From NCBI GenBank assembly GCA_017882785.1, contig JADGOV010000004.1, positions 1,521-65,520 on the forward strand: a stretch of 64,000 bases of DNA, in the 5' to 3' direction. The notes under the pieces were generated by a model. It had not been told where the DNA came from. It did not search any database and worked only from the letters and a program-made list of their open reading frames with translations. Shown one piece after another: positions 1 to 12,230 of this stretch; position 1 is the first letter of the stretch, and the number at the start of each line of letters is the position of its first letter. Position numbers and translations under genes: made by a program. The DNA comes from Frankiaceae bacterium (GTDB lineage: Bacteria > Actinomycetota > Actinomycetes > JADGOV01).

Positions 1-439
1 AGAACCGCTCCCCCGCCACACCGGAGAAGAGCCGGGACTCCGGCGGCGGCCTGAGCGTGTTCCACCCCATGTGCGGCAACACCGGGGCGACCAGCCGGGT
101 CACGTCGCCGGGCAGGACACCGACCCCGTCGGAGAGCACGCCGTGCTCGTCCCCGCGGGTGAAGAGCACCTGCATGCCGACACAGATGCCGAGCACTGGC
201 CGCCCGAGTCGCTTCCGCTCCTGGATGAGCCGGACGCCGTCGACCCCCTTCAGTCCGCTCATGCAGGCGGCGAAGGCCCCTACCCCCGGGACGAGCAGGC
301 CGTCCGCCCGCAGCGCCTCCTCGGTCGACGCCGTCACGGTGACCGCACCGCCGGCCCGGGCCACCGCCCGCTCCGCCGAGCGCAGGTTGCCGGAGCCGTA
401 GTCCAACACGACGATGGTCGGCCGCACCCCGGCCGTCAC
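1..439 (-). CDS. hisH: Imidazole glycerol phosphate synthase glutamine amidotransferase subunit HisH. Only the N-terminal ~145 aa are present; the C-terminus runs off the window start.
   Basis: The minus-strand translation from a GTG at 439 reads [26 protein letters not shown]...[10 protein letters not shown]...HMGWN, which is class-I glutamine amidotransferase HisH. The GTG overlaps the stop of the upstream small ORF (GTGA). Confidence 0.8.
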   Translation of the reverse strand, partial: MTAGVRPTIVVLDYGSGNLRSAERAVARAGGAVTVTASTEEALRADGLLVPGVGAFAACMSGLKGVDGVRLIQERKRLGRPVLGICVGMQVLFTRGDEHGVLSDGVGVLPGDVTRLVAPVLPHMGWNTLRPPPESRLFSGVAGERF

Positions 440-609
440 GACAACTCCCCCATCCGGTTCAGTGCGAGAAACAGGAGGAGCGCGGCCACGGCCGCCATCA
501 GCACGGCCAGGAACCATCCTTTCCGGCTGCGGTTGGTACGCCGCACCACAGCCATCGCGCCGCCGGTGAGGAAGCCGGCGGCGCCGAGGAGGAAGAGCAA
601 GGTGCCCAC
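436..609 (-). CDS. Small two-TM membrane protein (57 aa) between hisB and hisH.
   Basis: Minus-strand [60 protein letters not shown]. It begins right after the hisB stop, and its stop overlaps the hisH GTG. A small ORF occupies the same position in Streptomyces-type his operons, as recalled from memory. Confidence 0.4.
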   Translation of the reverse strand: MGTLLFLLGAAGFLTGGAMAVVRRTNRSRKGWFLAVLMAAVAALLLFLALNRMGELS

Positions 610-1173
610 CTACAGCACGCCCTTCGTGCTCGGCACGCCGGAGCCCTCCAGCCGCACCGCTTCCCGCAGTGCCCGGGCCACCGCCTTGAACTGGGCCTCG
701 ACGAGGTGGTGCGCATTGCGACCGGCCAGCACCCGCACGTGCAGACAGATCTGCGCCGACGCGGTGAGCGACTCCCAGATGTGGCGGGTCAGCGACGTGT
801 CGTAGCTGCCGATCAGTTCGATCATCTCCGGTTCGGAGTGCACGCAGTACGGCCGCCCTGACAGGTCGACCGCGGCCTGCACCAGCGCCTCGTCCAGCGG
901 CACCAACGCGTCGCCGAAGCGCCGGATCCCGGCCTTGTCCCCCAACGCCTGCCGGAGCGCCTGACCCAGGGTGATCGCGGTGTCCTCGACGGTGTGGTGC
1001 GCGTCGACGTCGAGGTCACCGTCGGCGTGCGCGGTGAGGTCGAAGCCGCCGTGCCTGCCCAACTGCGCGAGCATGTGGTCGAAGAACGGCACGCCGGTTG
1101 CGACGTCGATCACGCCCGCCCCGTCCAGGGTCAGCTCGACCACGATGCGCGACTCGGCCGTCGCCCGCTCCAC
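610..1173 (-). CDS. hisB: Imidazoleglycerol-phosphate dehydratase HisB.
   Basis: C-terminal part of the 610..2610 ORF: [20 protein letters not shown]...[16 protein letters not shown]...[18 protein letters not shown], the IGPD signature. The GTG at 1173 is an inferred start just after the hisC stop. Confidence 0.85.
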   Translation of the reverse strand: MERATAESRIVVELTLDGAGVIDVATGVPFFDHMLAQLGRHGGFDLTAHADGDLDVDAHHTVEDTAITLGQALRQALGDKAGIRRFGDALVPLDEALVQAAVDLSGRPYCVHSEPEMIELIGSYDTSLTRHIWESLTASAQICLHVRVLAGRNAHHLVEAQFKAVARALREAVRLEGSGVPSTKGVL

Positions 1174-1187
1174 CCGCGCCCGCCGAT

Positions 1188-3562
<2,375 letters not shown>

Positions 3563-3671
3563 GTACGGCTCCTCAGCGGTGCGTGTCCCAGTGCGGATGG
3601 GCGTTGGGTGTCGGGGCGATACGGGACGGCGGTGCAGCCCCGGGTCGAGATTACCGCCGTACGCTGCACGC

Positions 3672-4361
3672 ATGACCGCCGGTCAGACCACGAGGCTGCC
3701 GCTGTTCCCCCTCGGCAGCGTCCTGTTCCCGGGTCTCGTGCTGCCGCTGCACATCTTCGAGGACCGCTACCGACGGCTGGTTCGGGAACTACTCACCCAG
3801 CCCGAAGGCACCCGACGTTTCGGTGTCGTGGCGATTCGGTACGGCGCGGAGGCGGGGCAGCGCGAGCCGGTGCTCTACGAGATCGGTTGCACCGCCGAAC
3901 TGCGCCGGATCGACCCGTTGGCGGACGGCCGGTTCAACATCGTCGCGGTGGGCGGGAGTCGCTTCCGGGTCCATGCGGTCGACCCGTCGCGCCCGTACCT
4001 GGTGGGCGACGTGGAAGAACTGGCGGAGGAGGCCGGCGACCCGGCCGTGGCCACCGTGCTCGCCCAGCGCCTGCACCGCCTCTTCGCCGACTACCTCGAG
4101 GCGCTCGGCGAACTGCGAGCACCGAATGAGGATCCACCCGGGTCTCCGGACCTACCGCTGGACCCCGTGCAGCTCTCCCACCTCGTGCCGGCGGTGGCCC
4201 TACTCGACATCGCCGACAAGCAGCGCCTGCTCGCGGAACTGGACGCTGTGTCGCGCCTGCGCGCCGCGCTGGGGATCCTCGCCCGGGAGCGGACGGTGGT
4301 CACCCTCCTGCACGCCGTCCCGGCGCCGGAGCTCCTCCAGGTCCCTCGCAGCGCCAACTGA
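3672..4361 (+). CDS. LON N-terminal (PUA-like) domain protein; the peptidase S16 N-domain only.
   Basis: ATG at 3672. [37 protein letters not shown] is typical of the Lon N-terminal substrate-binding domain. No ATPase or protease domain is present. It is divergent from hisD. Confidence 0.7.
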   Translation: MTAGQTTRLPLFPLGSVLFPGLVLPLHIFEDRYRRLVRELLTQPEGTRRFGVVAIRYGAEAGQREPVLYEIGCTAELRRIDPLADGRFNIVAVGGSRFRVHAVDPSRPYLVGDVEELAEEAGDPAVATVLAQRLHRLFADYLEALGELRAPNEDPPGSPDLPLDPVQLSHLVPAVALLDIADKQRLLAELDAVSRLRAALGILARERTVVTLLHAVPAPELLQVPRSAN

Positions 4362-4406
4362 GGATCCGCCGGCGACTGCGGCGTCAGCCCTCCTGGGCCT
4401 TCGGAC

Positions 4407-4916
4407 TCACTCCGACGTGTCTGCGGACCGGCCTTGCAGCGTGGCCTGGAAGCGGCGGGCCGCCTCGGTGAGCGCCTTCTGCTGCTCCTCGAACGCCTCC
4501 TGCAGCCGGCCGACAGCGTCGAGGACGGCGTGCTCCTGCTCCTCGAAGGCCGCCTTCAGGCGGTGGGCGATCTCCGAGGACCCGACGTTGGACTGCACCG
4601 CGGACTGCAGCCGCTCCACCGCCTCCTCGACCGCCTTCTGTTGTTCGGCGAATACCGACTGCAGCCGCTGGCTCACGTCGCTCCCCTGCAACCGTTCGGC
4701 GGCTTCGGCGACCGCTCGTTCCTGAGCCTCGAAGACAGACTGGATCTTGGCGAGGACCTCACCAGGCTGCAGTCGGCTGATGACCTCGGTAACCATCTTC
4801 TGTTGCGCCTCGAAGATCGGCTGGAGTCGGGTCGCCTCGAAGAACGCCTGGAAGCGCGCGGAGATGTCATCCTGGAAGGTCCCGCTGGAGCTCGACTCAC
4901 TCGACTTTTCGGCCAC
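4407..4916 (-). CDS. Hypothetical coiled-coil protein with approximately 18-aa amphipathic tandem repeats (RLQxxFEEQxxAxxEAxx).
   Basis: GTG start at 4916 with AAAGGGG 6 nt upstream. The protein repeats RLQSVFAEQQKAVEEAVE / RLKAAFEEQEHAVLDAVG / RLQEAFEEQQKALTEAAR. The DNA shows matching periodicity. Confidence 0.55.
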   Translation of the reverse strand: MAEKSSESSSSGTFQDDISARFQAFFEATRLQPIFEAQQKMVTEVISRLQPGEVLAKIQSVFEAQERAVAEAAERLQGSDVSQRLQSVFAEQQKAVEEAVERLQSAVQSNVGSSEIAHRLKAAFEEQEHAVLDAVGRLQEAFEEQQKALTEAARRFQATLQGRSADTSE

Positions 4917-5414
4917 CGGGGGCCCCTTTCGGTGTCAGCGGCTCAGGCCCGGCGCACTGGTCGGCACCGGATTGTCCCGCCAGCCTGGCACGCCCGGAAC
5001 GTCCGGGACGATCCGGGGGGGCGTCGACCTGCACCCGGACTCGAGTGGGCGTTCCGCGACGGCAAGATCTGCTATTACCGCGGTTCGTTGGATGCCCGTT
5101 CAGTCGGCCGCCCGTCGGAGAACCGTGAACGTGATGTTACGTTGCGTCATTACCGCTGCGTGGACGGGCGGACCCAGAGATGCTTAAACGCATGAATGTG
5201 GCACGCTTGGCCACCGGGATCCGCAGCGTCTGCGGCCTGCCCTCGCGGGCCGTGCGCAGGTGCATCGCCATCAGCCAGTTCATCAGCTGCGGCGAAGCCC
5301 GGTCGGCGTTGGTGTCGGCGCGGCCTGTCGACGTCGGCGGCCGCCACGGGGCGGCGACGCGGGCGACACCTCTGCGCTTCGACGGGTAGCCGGGCACTCC
5401 GCGAACTGGGCAGC

Positions 5415-6071
5415 TCAGCTCTCGGTCGCCTGGCTCATCCAGACCACGATGTCCAGCGCACGCAGCGGGGTCAGCGTCGGCCCGTCCGCCGGCGCCAACG
5501 CGGTGAGCTCGGCGAACGCAGTCGGGTTGGCCTGCAGGTCCTCGCGCATGGCCAGCGTGAGCTGGCGCAGGTAGTCCTCCCAGCAGTGCTCCTGCCGGTT
5601 GATCAGCACACACCCCGCGTCGCGGTAGAACGTGAACACCCGGGAGTCCCAGACCGGGATGAGACCGGGCCGCTTGCGGTGCAGCACCTTCGCCACCAGC
5701 GACGGCTTGATGTCGGCGGTGTCCACGTGTTCATCGTCCAGCACCGCCCAGAGCGCGGCCACGGCGTCGCAGTCGGCGTCAGTAGCCTGCGCCAGGTGCG
5801 CCACCGAGGGCAGGGCGGCTAGCGCCTCCTGCAGCGGCTGCTGCATCGAGACCAGTCCGGCCATGACGTCGGCGTCGACCGGCGCGCCGAGAAGGGCCGG
5901 AGCCAGGTAGTCCCCGGTCACCAGCACGTCCGGTCGCCCGTTGGTCACCAGGCTGTCGTAGAACGGCCAGGAGAAACGGCGCTTGCGTGGACGGGCCACA
6001 TCCAGGTAGTCCTCGACGAGGCTCGTCGGGTCGAACAGTTCACGGGTACCGCGGGCCAGGATGAGCGTCAC
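5415..6071 (-). CDS. Conserved hypothetical protein (actinobacterial DUF).
   Basis: 218-aa ORF with good GC3 codon bias and no recognisable catalytic motifs. Confidence 0.5.
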   Translation of the reverse strand: MTLILARGTRELFDPTSLVEDYLDVARPRKRRFSWPFYDSLVTNGRPDVLVTGDYLAPALLGAPVDADVMAGLVSMQQPLQEALAALPSVAHLAQATDADCDAVAALWAVLDDEHVDTADIKPSLVAKVLHRKRPGLIPVWDSRVFTFYRDAGCVLINRQEHCWEDYLRQLTLAMREDLQANPTAFAELTALAPADGPTLTPLRALDIVVWMSQATES

Positions 6072-6133
6072 GGTGTCATTGCATCACGCGCAGGGGCACC
6101 ACGGGTCAGTCCGCCTCGGGTCAGGGACCGTCC

Positions 6134-6149
6134 GTGCCCCGATGGGCAC
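6134..6149 (-). terminator. Candidate stem-loop downstream of the hemerythrin-like gene.
   Basis: GTGCCC-cgat-GGGCAC is a perfect 6-bp stem with a 4-nt loop, 35 nt beyond the minus-strand stop at 6182. There is no U-tract, which is common in high-GC genomes. Confidence 0.2.
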
Positions 6150-6181
6150 ACGGCGATCTCCCCCGGGAATGGGCGCGGGTC

Positions 6182-6961
6182 CTACATCGGCCAGAGCCGG
6201 CTGATGAACCTCGCAAACCGTTCCTGGCCACTGTCCTGCCAGGACTGCCGAGCCGAGGTCGGCACAGCAGCGAGGAGACGCTTGCGCTGCTCCGGCGTCA
6301 TCTCGTCCTGCACGAGTCCGAAGACCAACCACGGCTGGGCGTCGGGGATGGCGGCCAGTGCGGCCGTACGCAGCTCCGCCCACTCCGCGGCGGACACGAG
6401 GTCCTCGGCCAGCGGTAGGAGATGCTCCTCCTCGTGCTGCAACTGGTCGCTGAGCGGCACGAGTAGAGCGCTCAGTGCCACGGCCAGCGGTACGCCCCGG
6501 TAGATGCTGGGCTCCTCGGTCCAAGAGTCCAGGCAGTCATCGGCGGCCTCCAGTGCCGCTCCCACTGCGTCCTGGTGATCGACGAGCAGCCTCGTCGAGT
6601 CGCTGCTGGTGGGATCCGGCGACAGCCGCGCGCGCAGGCGCCCCCACAGGTACTCCTCCTCCAGGTCGTGGTGGACGTGCAGCAACGCCAGTATGTGTGC
6701 GTAGTACATGGCCACGACGGCGGCCCGGTCGCTGTCCGGGGTCTGGACGCCGCCGACGAGTTGCGGCGCGGCCGCCAGCGCCGTGCGGAACACGTCGTGC
6801 ACGGCGAGGACATCGCGGATCGCGTGCGCGGGCGCGTCAAGAACCTCGGACACGGACACTCCTGGGGAAGGGCTGCCCCGCCGAGACCGGACGGCCGGAA
6901 CGGGTGGTGCTAGACGGGAACTTCGGCACCCGCCCCATCGATCTGTAACAGACCGGGACAC
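6182..6961 (-). CDS. Hemerythrin HHE cation-binding domain protein. The true start is probably the GTG near 6855.
   Basis: Contains H…HHDLEEEYLW… and …QLQHEEEHLLP… iron-binding His/Glu motifs typical of the hemerythrin HHE family. Confidence 0.55.
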   Translation of the reverse strand: MSRSVTDRWGGCRSSRLAPPVPAVRSRRGSPSPGVSVSEVLDAPAHAIRDVLAVHDVFRTALAAAPQLVGGVQTPDSDRAAVVAMYYAHILALLHVHHDLEEEYLWGRLRARLSPDPTSSDSTRLLVDHQDAVGAALEAADDCLDSWTEEPSIYRGVPLAVALSALLVPLSDQLQHEEEHLLPLAEDLVSAAEWAELRTAALAAIPDAQPWLVFGLVQDEMTPEQRKRLLAAVPTSARQSWQDSGQERFARFISRLWPM

Positions 6962-6973
6962 GAGCAGCCGGTG

Positions 6974-9900
6974 TCAGCCTCCGCCGATCGCCGCCGAGCC
7001 GAGCAGTGCCTTGAGGTCACCCATCAGCGCCGGCGTGGCGGCCACCCGGAGTCGCTCGTCCAGGCGCAGGCGGGTCGTCGCCGCGCCCGACTGGAGCGCG
7101 AGGTGCACCTCCGTCGTGCCCGGGTGGGTGGCCAGCACCTCCCGGAGCCGGTCGACGACCGGCGGCGTGCACCGGGTGGCCGGCATGGCGATCACGACCG
7201 GGCCGCGCGGGGTGGTGCTCAGATCCGGCAGCGACAGGTCCCTCGCGATGAGCTTGGGCACGTCCTCCCGGCGGTCGACCCGGCCGCGCACGCACACCAC
7301 GGTGTCCTCGGCCAGCAGCGTGCCGTACTGCTCGTAGGTCTGTGGGAAGAACATCACCTCGACGGCGGCCTCGAGGTCTTCCAGGGCGGCCACCGCCCAG
7401 GGCTTGCCGGCCTTGGTCACCCGGCGGGTGATGCTGGACAGGATCCCGGCCACGGTGACCGTCGCGCCGTCGGCCAGCGTGGACTCCTCGAACAGCCGCA
7501 TGCAAGGCGTGTCGGCCACACCGGCGAGCACGTGCTCGACACCGAAGAGGGGGTGGTCGGAGACGTAGAGGCCCAACATCTCACGTTCGAAGGCGAGCAG
7601 ATCACGCTTGTCCCACTCGCCGGCCGGCACGACGACGGCGAACGGACCCGTCTGGAACGGACCGGTGTCGACGCCCTGGTCGTCGGCCGGCTGCTCCGCC
7701 GAGCTGAACAGGTCGAACTGGCCCACGGCCTCCGCCCGTTTGGTGTCCAGGCAGGCGTCGATGGCCTCGGCGTGGATGTGCAGCAGACCGCGCCGGGAGT
7801 GCCCCATCGAGTCGAAGGCGCCCGCCTTGATCAACGACTCGACGACCCGCTTGTTGCAGGCGCAGGGCTCAACCTTGCGGAGGAAGTCAGCGAAGTCGGC
7901 GAACCTCCCCTTGGCCCGTCGGGTGGCGACGACGGAGGCCACGACGTTCTCCCCGACGTTGCGGACGGCAGCCAGTCCGAACCGGATGTCCCCTCCCCGG
8001 GGGGTGAAGTCGCTGTCGGAGTCGTTGACGTCCGGCGGCAGCACCTTGATGCCCATCTTGCGGCACTCGGAGAGGTAGACGGCGCTCTTGTCCTTGTCGT
8101 CCCTGACCGAGGTGAGCAGCGCAGCCATGTATTCCGCGGGGTAGCGAGCCTTGAGGTACGCCGTCCAGTAGGACACCACGCCGTAGCCGGCGGAGTGTGC
8201 CTTGTTGAAGGCGTAGTCGGCGAACGGCACCAACTGCTCGAACAGCGCATCGGCCAACTGCTGGGAGTAGCCCCTGGCCAGCATTCCGTCGACGAACGGG
8301 ACCTTCTCCTTGTCGAGGATCTCGCGCTTCTTCTTGCCCATCGCCCGGCGCAGCATGTCGGCCTGGCCGAGGGTGTAGCCGGCGAGCTGCTGGGCGATGG
8401 TCATCACCTGCTCCTGGTAGACGATCACCCCGTAGGTCTCGCCGAGGATCACCTCCAGGTCCGGGTGGAGGTAGCTCACCGCCCGCCGCCCGTGCTTGCG
8501 TTCGACGTAGTCGATGTGCGCGCCGGCGCCCATCGGCCCCGGCCGGTAGAGCGCGATGAGGGCGGAGATGTCCTCGAACGTGGTCGGCTGCAGCGAGCGC
8601 ATCAGCGACCGCATCGGTCCGCCCTCGAGCTGGAACACGCCGATCGACTCTCCGCGGCACAGCAGTGCGTAGGCCTGCGGGTCGTCGAGGCCGACGTCTT
8701 CCAACACCACCCGCTCGCCCCGGTTGGCTGCGATGTGCTCCAGGCAGTCGTCGAGCACAGTGAGGTTGCGCAGGCCCAGGAAATCCATCTTCAGCAGCCC
8801 GAGGGCCTCACAGGTGCCCATCTCGAACTGGGTGATCACGCAGCCGTCGGCGTCCCGCCGCCAGACCGGGATGTGGTCGGTGAGCGGATCGCGGCAGATG
8901 ACCACACCGGCCGCGTGCACGCCCGCTTGGCGCTTGAGCCCCTCCAGGCCACGCGCCGTCTCCAGCACACTCTTCGCCTCGGCATCGGCCTCGAACGACG
9001 CCCGCAGATCACCGGCCTCCCGGTACCGTTCGGCGTGCGGGTCGAAACAGTCGGCCAGCGACACGTCGCGCCCCATGACCGAAGGCGGCATGAGCTTGGA
9101 CAGCCGGTCCCCGACGGCATAGGGATAGCCGAGCACACGGGCGGAGTCACGGATCGCCTGCTTGCCCTTGATGGTGCCGAAGGTGACAATCTGGGCGACC
9201 CGGTCCTCGCCGTAGGTCTCGGTGGCGTAGCGGATCATGTCGGCCCGGCGGCGCTCGTCGAAGTCCATGTCGATGTCCGGCATCGAGATGCGCTCCGGGT
9301 TGAGGAACCGCTCGAAGATCAGACCGTGCACGAGCGGATCCAGCTCCGTGATGCCCAAGCAGTAGGAGACCGTGCAGCCGGCCGCGCTCCCCCGGCCCGG
9401 ACCGACCCGGATGCCGTTCTCCCTGGCGTGCCGCACGAGATCGGCGACGATGAGGAAGTACGCCGGGAAGCCCATCTGGTTGATCACGGCAATCTCGTAC
9501 TCGACCTGGGCCCGCTGCCGCTCGCTGGGCACCGCCCCCCAGCGGCGGACCATGCCGGCTTCGACCTCGTGGCGGAACCAGGAGTCCTCCGTCTCCCCGG
9601 CGGGCACCGCGAACCGCGGCAGCAGCCGCTGTCCTTCGGGAATGGTGACCGCACAGCGCTCGGCGATGAGCAGGGTGTTGTCACAGGCCTGCGGGAGCTC
9701 GCGCCACACCTCACGCATCTGGGCGGGTGACTTGAGGTAGAACTCCTCGGCGTCGAAGCGGAACCGGCTCGGGTCGGCCAACGTCGCACCGGTCTGCACG
9801 CAGAGCAGCACCTCGTGCGCGACGGCGTCCTCCCGCCGGGTGTAGTGCAGGTCGTTGGTGGCCACCAGCGGCAGGCCGACCTCACCGGCCAGCTCGATCA

Positions 9901-10480
9901 GCTGCCGCTGGGTGGACCGCTCGATCGCCAGCCCGTGGTCCATCAGCTCGACGTAGAAGTTGCCCTCGCCGAAGAGGTCCCGATAGTCCGCCAACACCTG
10001 GCGGGCCGCCGCGCGCTGCCCGGTCTGGAGCAGCCGGTTCACCTCACCGGAGGGACACCCTGAGGTGGCGATCAACCCGTCGGAGTACTCGGCGAGCAGC
10101 TCCCGGTCCATCCGCGGCTTGTAGTAGTACCCCTCCAGGCTCGCCCGGCTGGCCAGCTTGATGAGGTTGCGCCAGCCTTGGTCGTCGGCCGCGAGCAGCG
10201 TCAGGTGGTAGTACTTCTCGTTCTTGACGTCACCGCCGCCGCCGCTCTTGTCATACCGCGACCCGGGCGCCAGGTAGGCCTCAATGCCGAGGATCGGCTT
10301 GACCCCGGCGGCCCGACCGGCGGTGGCGAACTCGTAGGCACCGTGCAGGTTCCCGTGGTCAGTGATCGCGACCGCCGGCATCCCCATCCGGTCGGCCTCG
10401 GCGAACAGGTCCTTCACCCGAGCGGCGCCGTCGAGCATCGAATACTCGCTGTGCACGTGCAGGTGCACGAACGAGTCCAT
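6974..10480 (-). CDS. dnaE: DNA polymerase III alpha subunit DnaE1.
   Basis: 1168 aa. The N-terminus MDSFVHLHVHSEYSMLDGAARV (PHP domain), the pol III core and OB-fold regions are all recognisable. Confidence 0.95.
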   Translation of the reverse strand: MDSFVHLHVHSEYSMLDGAARVKDLFAEADRMGMPAVAITDHGNLHGAYEFATAGRAAGVKPILGIEAYLAPGSRYDKSGGGGDVKNEKYYHLTLLAADDQGWRNLIKLASRASLEGYYYKPRMDRELLAEYSDGLIATSGCPSGEVNRLLQTGQRAAARQVLADYRDLFGEGNFYVELMDHGLAIERSTQRQLIELAGEVGLPLVATNDLHYTRREDAVAHEVLLCVQTGATLADPSRFRFDAEEFYLKSPAQMREVWRELPQACDNTLLIAERCAVTIPEGQRLLPRFAVPAGETEDSWFRHEVEAGMVRRWGAVPSERQRAQVEYEIAVINQMGFPAYFLIVADLVRHARENGIRVGPGRGSAAGCTVSYCLGITELDPLVHGLIFERFLNPERISMPDIDMDFDERRRADMIRYATETYGEDRVAQIVTFGTIKGKQAIRDSARVLGYPYAVGDRLSKLMPPSVMGRDVSLADCFDPHAERYREAGDLRASFEADAEAKSVLETARGLEGLKRQAGVHAAGVVICRDPLTDHIPVWRRDADGCVITQFEMGTCEALGLLKMDFLGLRNLTVLDDCLEHIAANRGERVVLEDVGLDDPQAYALLCRGESIGVFQLEGGPMRSLMRSLQPTTFEDISALIALYRPGPMGAGAHIDYVERKHGRRAVSYLHPDLEVILGETYGVIVYQEQVMTIAQQLAGYTLGQADMLRRAMGKKKREILDKEKVPFVDGMLARGYSQQLADALFEQLVPFADYAFNKAHSAGYGVVSYWTAYLKARYPAEYMAALLTSVRDDKDKSAVYLSECRKMGIKVLPPDVNDSDSDFTPRGGDIRFGLAAVRNVGENVVASVVATRRAKGRFADFADFLRKVEPCACNKRVVESLIKAGAFDSMGHSRRGLLHIHAEAIDACLDTKRAEAVGQFDLFSSAEQPADDQGVDTGPFQTGPFAVVVPAGEWDKRDLLAFEREMLGLYVSDHPLFGVEHVLAGVADTPCMRLFEESTLADGATVTVAGILSSITRRVTKAGKPWAVAALEDLEAAVEVMFFPQTYEQYGTLLAEDTVVCVRGRVDRREDVPKLIARDLSLPDLSTTPRGPVVIAMPATRCTPPVVDRLREVLATHPGTTEVHLALQSGAATTRLRLDERLRVAATPALMGDLKALLGSAAIGGG

Positions 10481-10612
10481 CAGGGCAGCCTCCTACCGGC
10501 GGGATCGTGCGGGCCGGGGGAAGTCGGCCGTGCTGTGGACTGGGCTTGGCTCTGGGCTCGGGTCTGGGCTGAAAGCTGTGCGGGGGCGTGCACCACGACG
10601 GTAACCGGCGCC

Positions 10613-11554
10613 TCAGCTCTCGGCGCGCAGCTGGGCCAGCGCGTCGGCAAGGTCCGCCGGGAGGGGGCTGAGGTAGGCCACCGGGCGGCCGTCGGAAGGG
10701 TGGGCGAAGCCGAGTCGGGAGGCGTGCAGCCACTGCCGACGGAGGCCGAGCCGCTCGGCCAGTGTGGGGTCCGCCCCATAGGCCAGGTCCCCGACGCAGG
10801 GGTGGCGTACGGCGGCCAGGTGCACCCGGATCTGGTGGGTGCGGCCGGTCTCCAGCCGCACGTCGAGCAGCGAGGCCGCCCGGAAGGCCTCGACGGTGTC
10901 GTAGTGGGTGATGCTGGGCTTGCCGCCGGCAACCACCGCGAACTTGTAGTCGGCGCCGGGATGCCGGCCGATCGGCGCGTCGATGGTGCCGCGCAGCGGA
11001 TCCGGATGGCCCTGCACGAGCGCGGCGTACTGCTTGTCCACGTTCCGGTCGCGGAATGCCGACTTGAGCACCGCGTACGCCCGATCGCTCTTGGCCACGA
11101 CCATCAGGCCGGTGGTGCCGACGTCGAGCCGGTGCACGACACCCTGCCGCTCGGCGGCGCCGCTGACGGCCAACGTATGACCGGCCGCCGCCAACCCGCC
11201 GGTGACGGTGGGTCCGTCCCAGCCGGGACTGGGGTGCGCCGCCACCCCGACCGGCTTGTCCACGACCACCAGGTCCTCGTCCTCGGCGACGACGACCAGG
11301 CCGGGGACGACCGCGGCCGAGGCGACCGCCGCCGGTCGCGGGTCGGGCAGGTCGACCTCCAGCCAGTCCCCGGCACGCACCCGGTCGGACTTGGTCGCCG
11401 TGGCGCCACCGAGGCGAGCCGCGCCGGCGATGACGAGGTCGGCGGCCGCTGTCCTGGACACGCCGAGCAGCCGGACGAGGGCCGCGTCCAGGCGCAGCCC
11501 GTCCAACCCGTCGGGCACCGGCAGCCCCCGGCTGGATCGGCTCGGACTAGACAC
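10613..11554 (-). CDS. RluA-family 23S rRNA pseudouridine synthase (RluD-like).
   Basis: Has an S4 domain followed by the [16 protein letters not shown] catalytic motif. Its start overlaps the lspA stop by 8 nt. Confidence 0.85.
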   Translation of the reverse strand: MSSPSRSSRGLPVPDGLDGLRLDAALVRLLGVSRTAAADLVIAGAARLGGATATKSDRVRAGDWLEVDLPDPRPAAVASAAVVPGLVVVAEDEDLVVVDKPVGVAAHPSPGWDGPTVTGGLAAAGHTLAVSGAAERQGVVHRLDVGTTGLMVVAKSDRAYAVLKSAFRDRNVDKQYAALVQGHPDPLRGTIDAPIGRHPGADYKFAVVAGGKPSITHYDTVEAFRAASLLDVRLETGRTHQIRVHLAAVRHPCVGDLAYGADPTLAERLGLRRQWLHASRLGFAHPSDGRPVAYLSPLPADLADALAQLRAES

Positions 11555-12140
11555 CGGCGTCGGGAGGCTTGGCGTCGGGAGAGGTGGCGTCCGAGGTGCG
11601 CCGGCCGTCCAACCCGACGCCCCGGGCGGACAGCAGCACCGCGCACAGCCCGCCCACGACGATCGCGGAGTCGGCCACGTTGAACACCGGCCAGTGCGGC
11701 AGCTCGATCCAGTCCACGACGTGCCCCCGGAACGGGCCCGGAGCGCGGAACATCCGATCGGCGAGGTTGCCCAGCGCGCCGCCGAGGAGCAGGCCGAGGG
11801 TGACCGCCCAGGCTGTGCTGCTCAGCCGGGAGGCGGTCCGGGCGATGACCACCACCACGGTCAACGCCACAGTGGTGAACACGACGGTCGCGCCGGCTCC
11901 GAGCCCGAACGCGGCGCCGGAGTTTCGGGTCAGGGTGAGGTGCACGGCGCCGCCGAGCAGCCGAACTGGCGCCCGGTCGGCGAGTCGGTCGACTGCCACC
12001 AGCTTGCTGAGCAGGTCCAGCGCGGCCACGCCGACGGCGACCGCGCCGAGGACGACCAGAGCCGCCAGCCGACGGGGAGGACCCTCCGCCGAGGTCGTCT
12101 GGACTGCGGCGGACGGCGGCGGTGCGGTCTTCTTACGCAT
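11547..12140 (-). CDS. lspA: Lipoprotein signal peptidase II.
   Basis: 197 aa with NSGAAFGL and FNVADSAI motifs and four TM segments. The lspA-rluD pairing is a conserved arrangement. Confidence 0.85.
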   Translation of the reverse strand: MRKKTAPPPSAAVQTTSAEGPPRRLAALVVLGAVAVGVAALDLLSKLVAVDRLADRAPVRLLGGAVHLTLTRNSGAAFGLGAGATVVFTTVALTVVVVIARTASRLSSTAWAVTLGLLLGGALGNLADRMFRAPGPFRGHVVDWIELPHWPVFNVADSAIVVGGLCAVLLSARGVGLDGRRTSDATSPDAKPPDAGV

Positions 12141-12230
12141 GTCCTGCCCAGTGTCCCTGATCGGCGGACGACGCGGGGCCGCACCTCTAGCCCGGTCCGG
12201 CGACCCGCGTCGCGTGGTCGACGAGGAGCG

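Noticed and set aside
4407-4916. Coiled-coil ORF as a displaced DivIVA/Wag31.
   Set aside because: It lacks the conserved DivIVA N-terminal lipid-binding domain, is much shorter, and its repeat structure is different.
5137-5613. 158-aa minus-strand ORF and the overlapping plus-strand ORFs 5180..5389, 5196..5822 and 5260..5574.
   Set aside because: They are mutually overlapping, have poor codon bias and low-complexity translations with no RBS. They partly overlap the better-supported 5415..6071 gene.
6971-9730. 919-aa plus-strand ORF, and similar long ORFs such as 14683..16695 (-), 21084..22967 (+), 42418..44964 (+), 43265..44935 (-), 57108..58277 (+), 58302..59627 (+), 2300..4129 (+).
   Set aside because: They lie antisense to, or frame-shifted within, strongly supported genes (dnaE, ileS, the RR-deacetylase, ftsI, dnaE2, hisD). 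Their translations are Arg/Gly/Pro-rich low-complexity strings typical of stop-poor frames in GC-rich DNA.
10520-10580. Short GGGCT-type tandem (gggcttggctctgggctcgggtctgggctg) between dnaE and rluD.
   Set aside because: Imperfect and low-complexity, with no partner or structure, so not reported as a feature.
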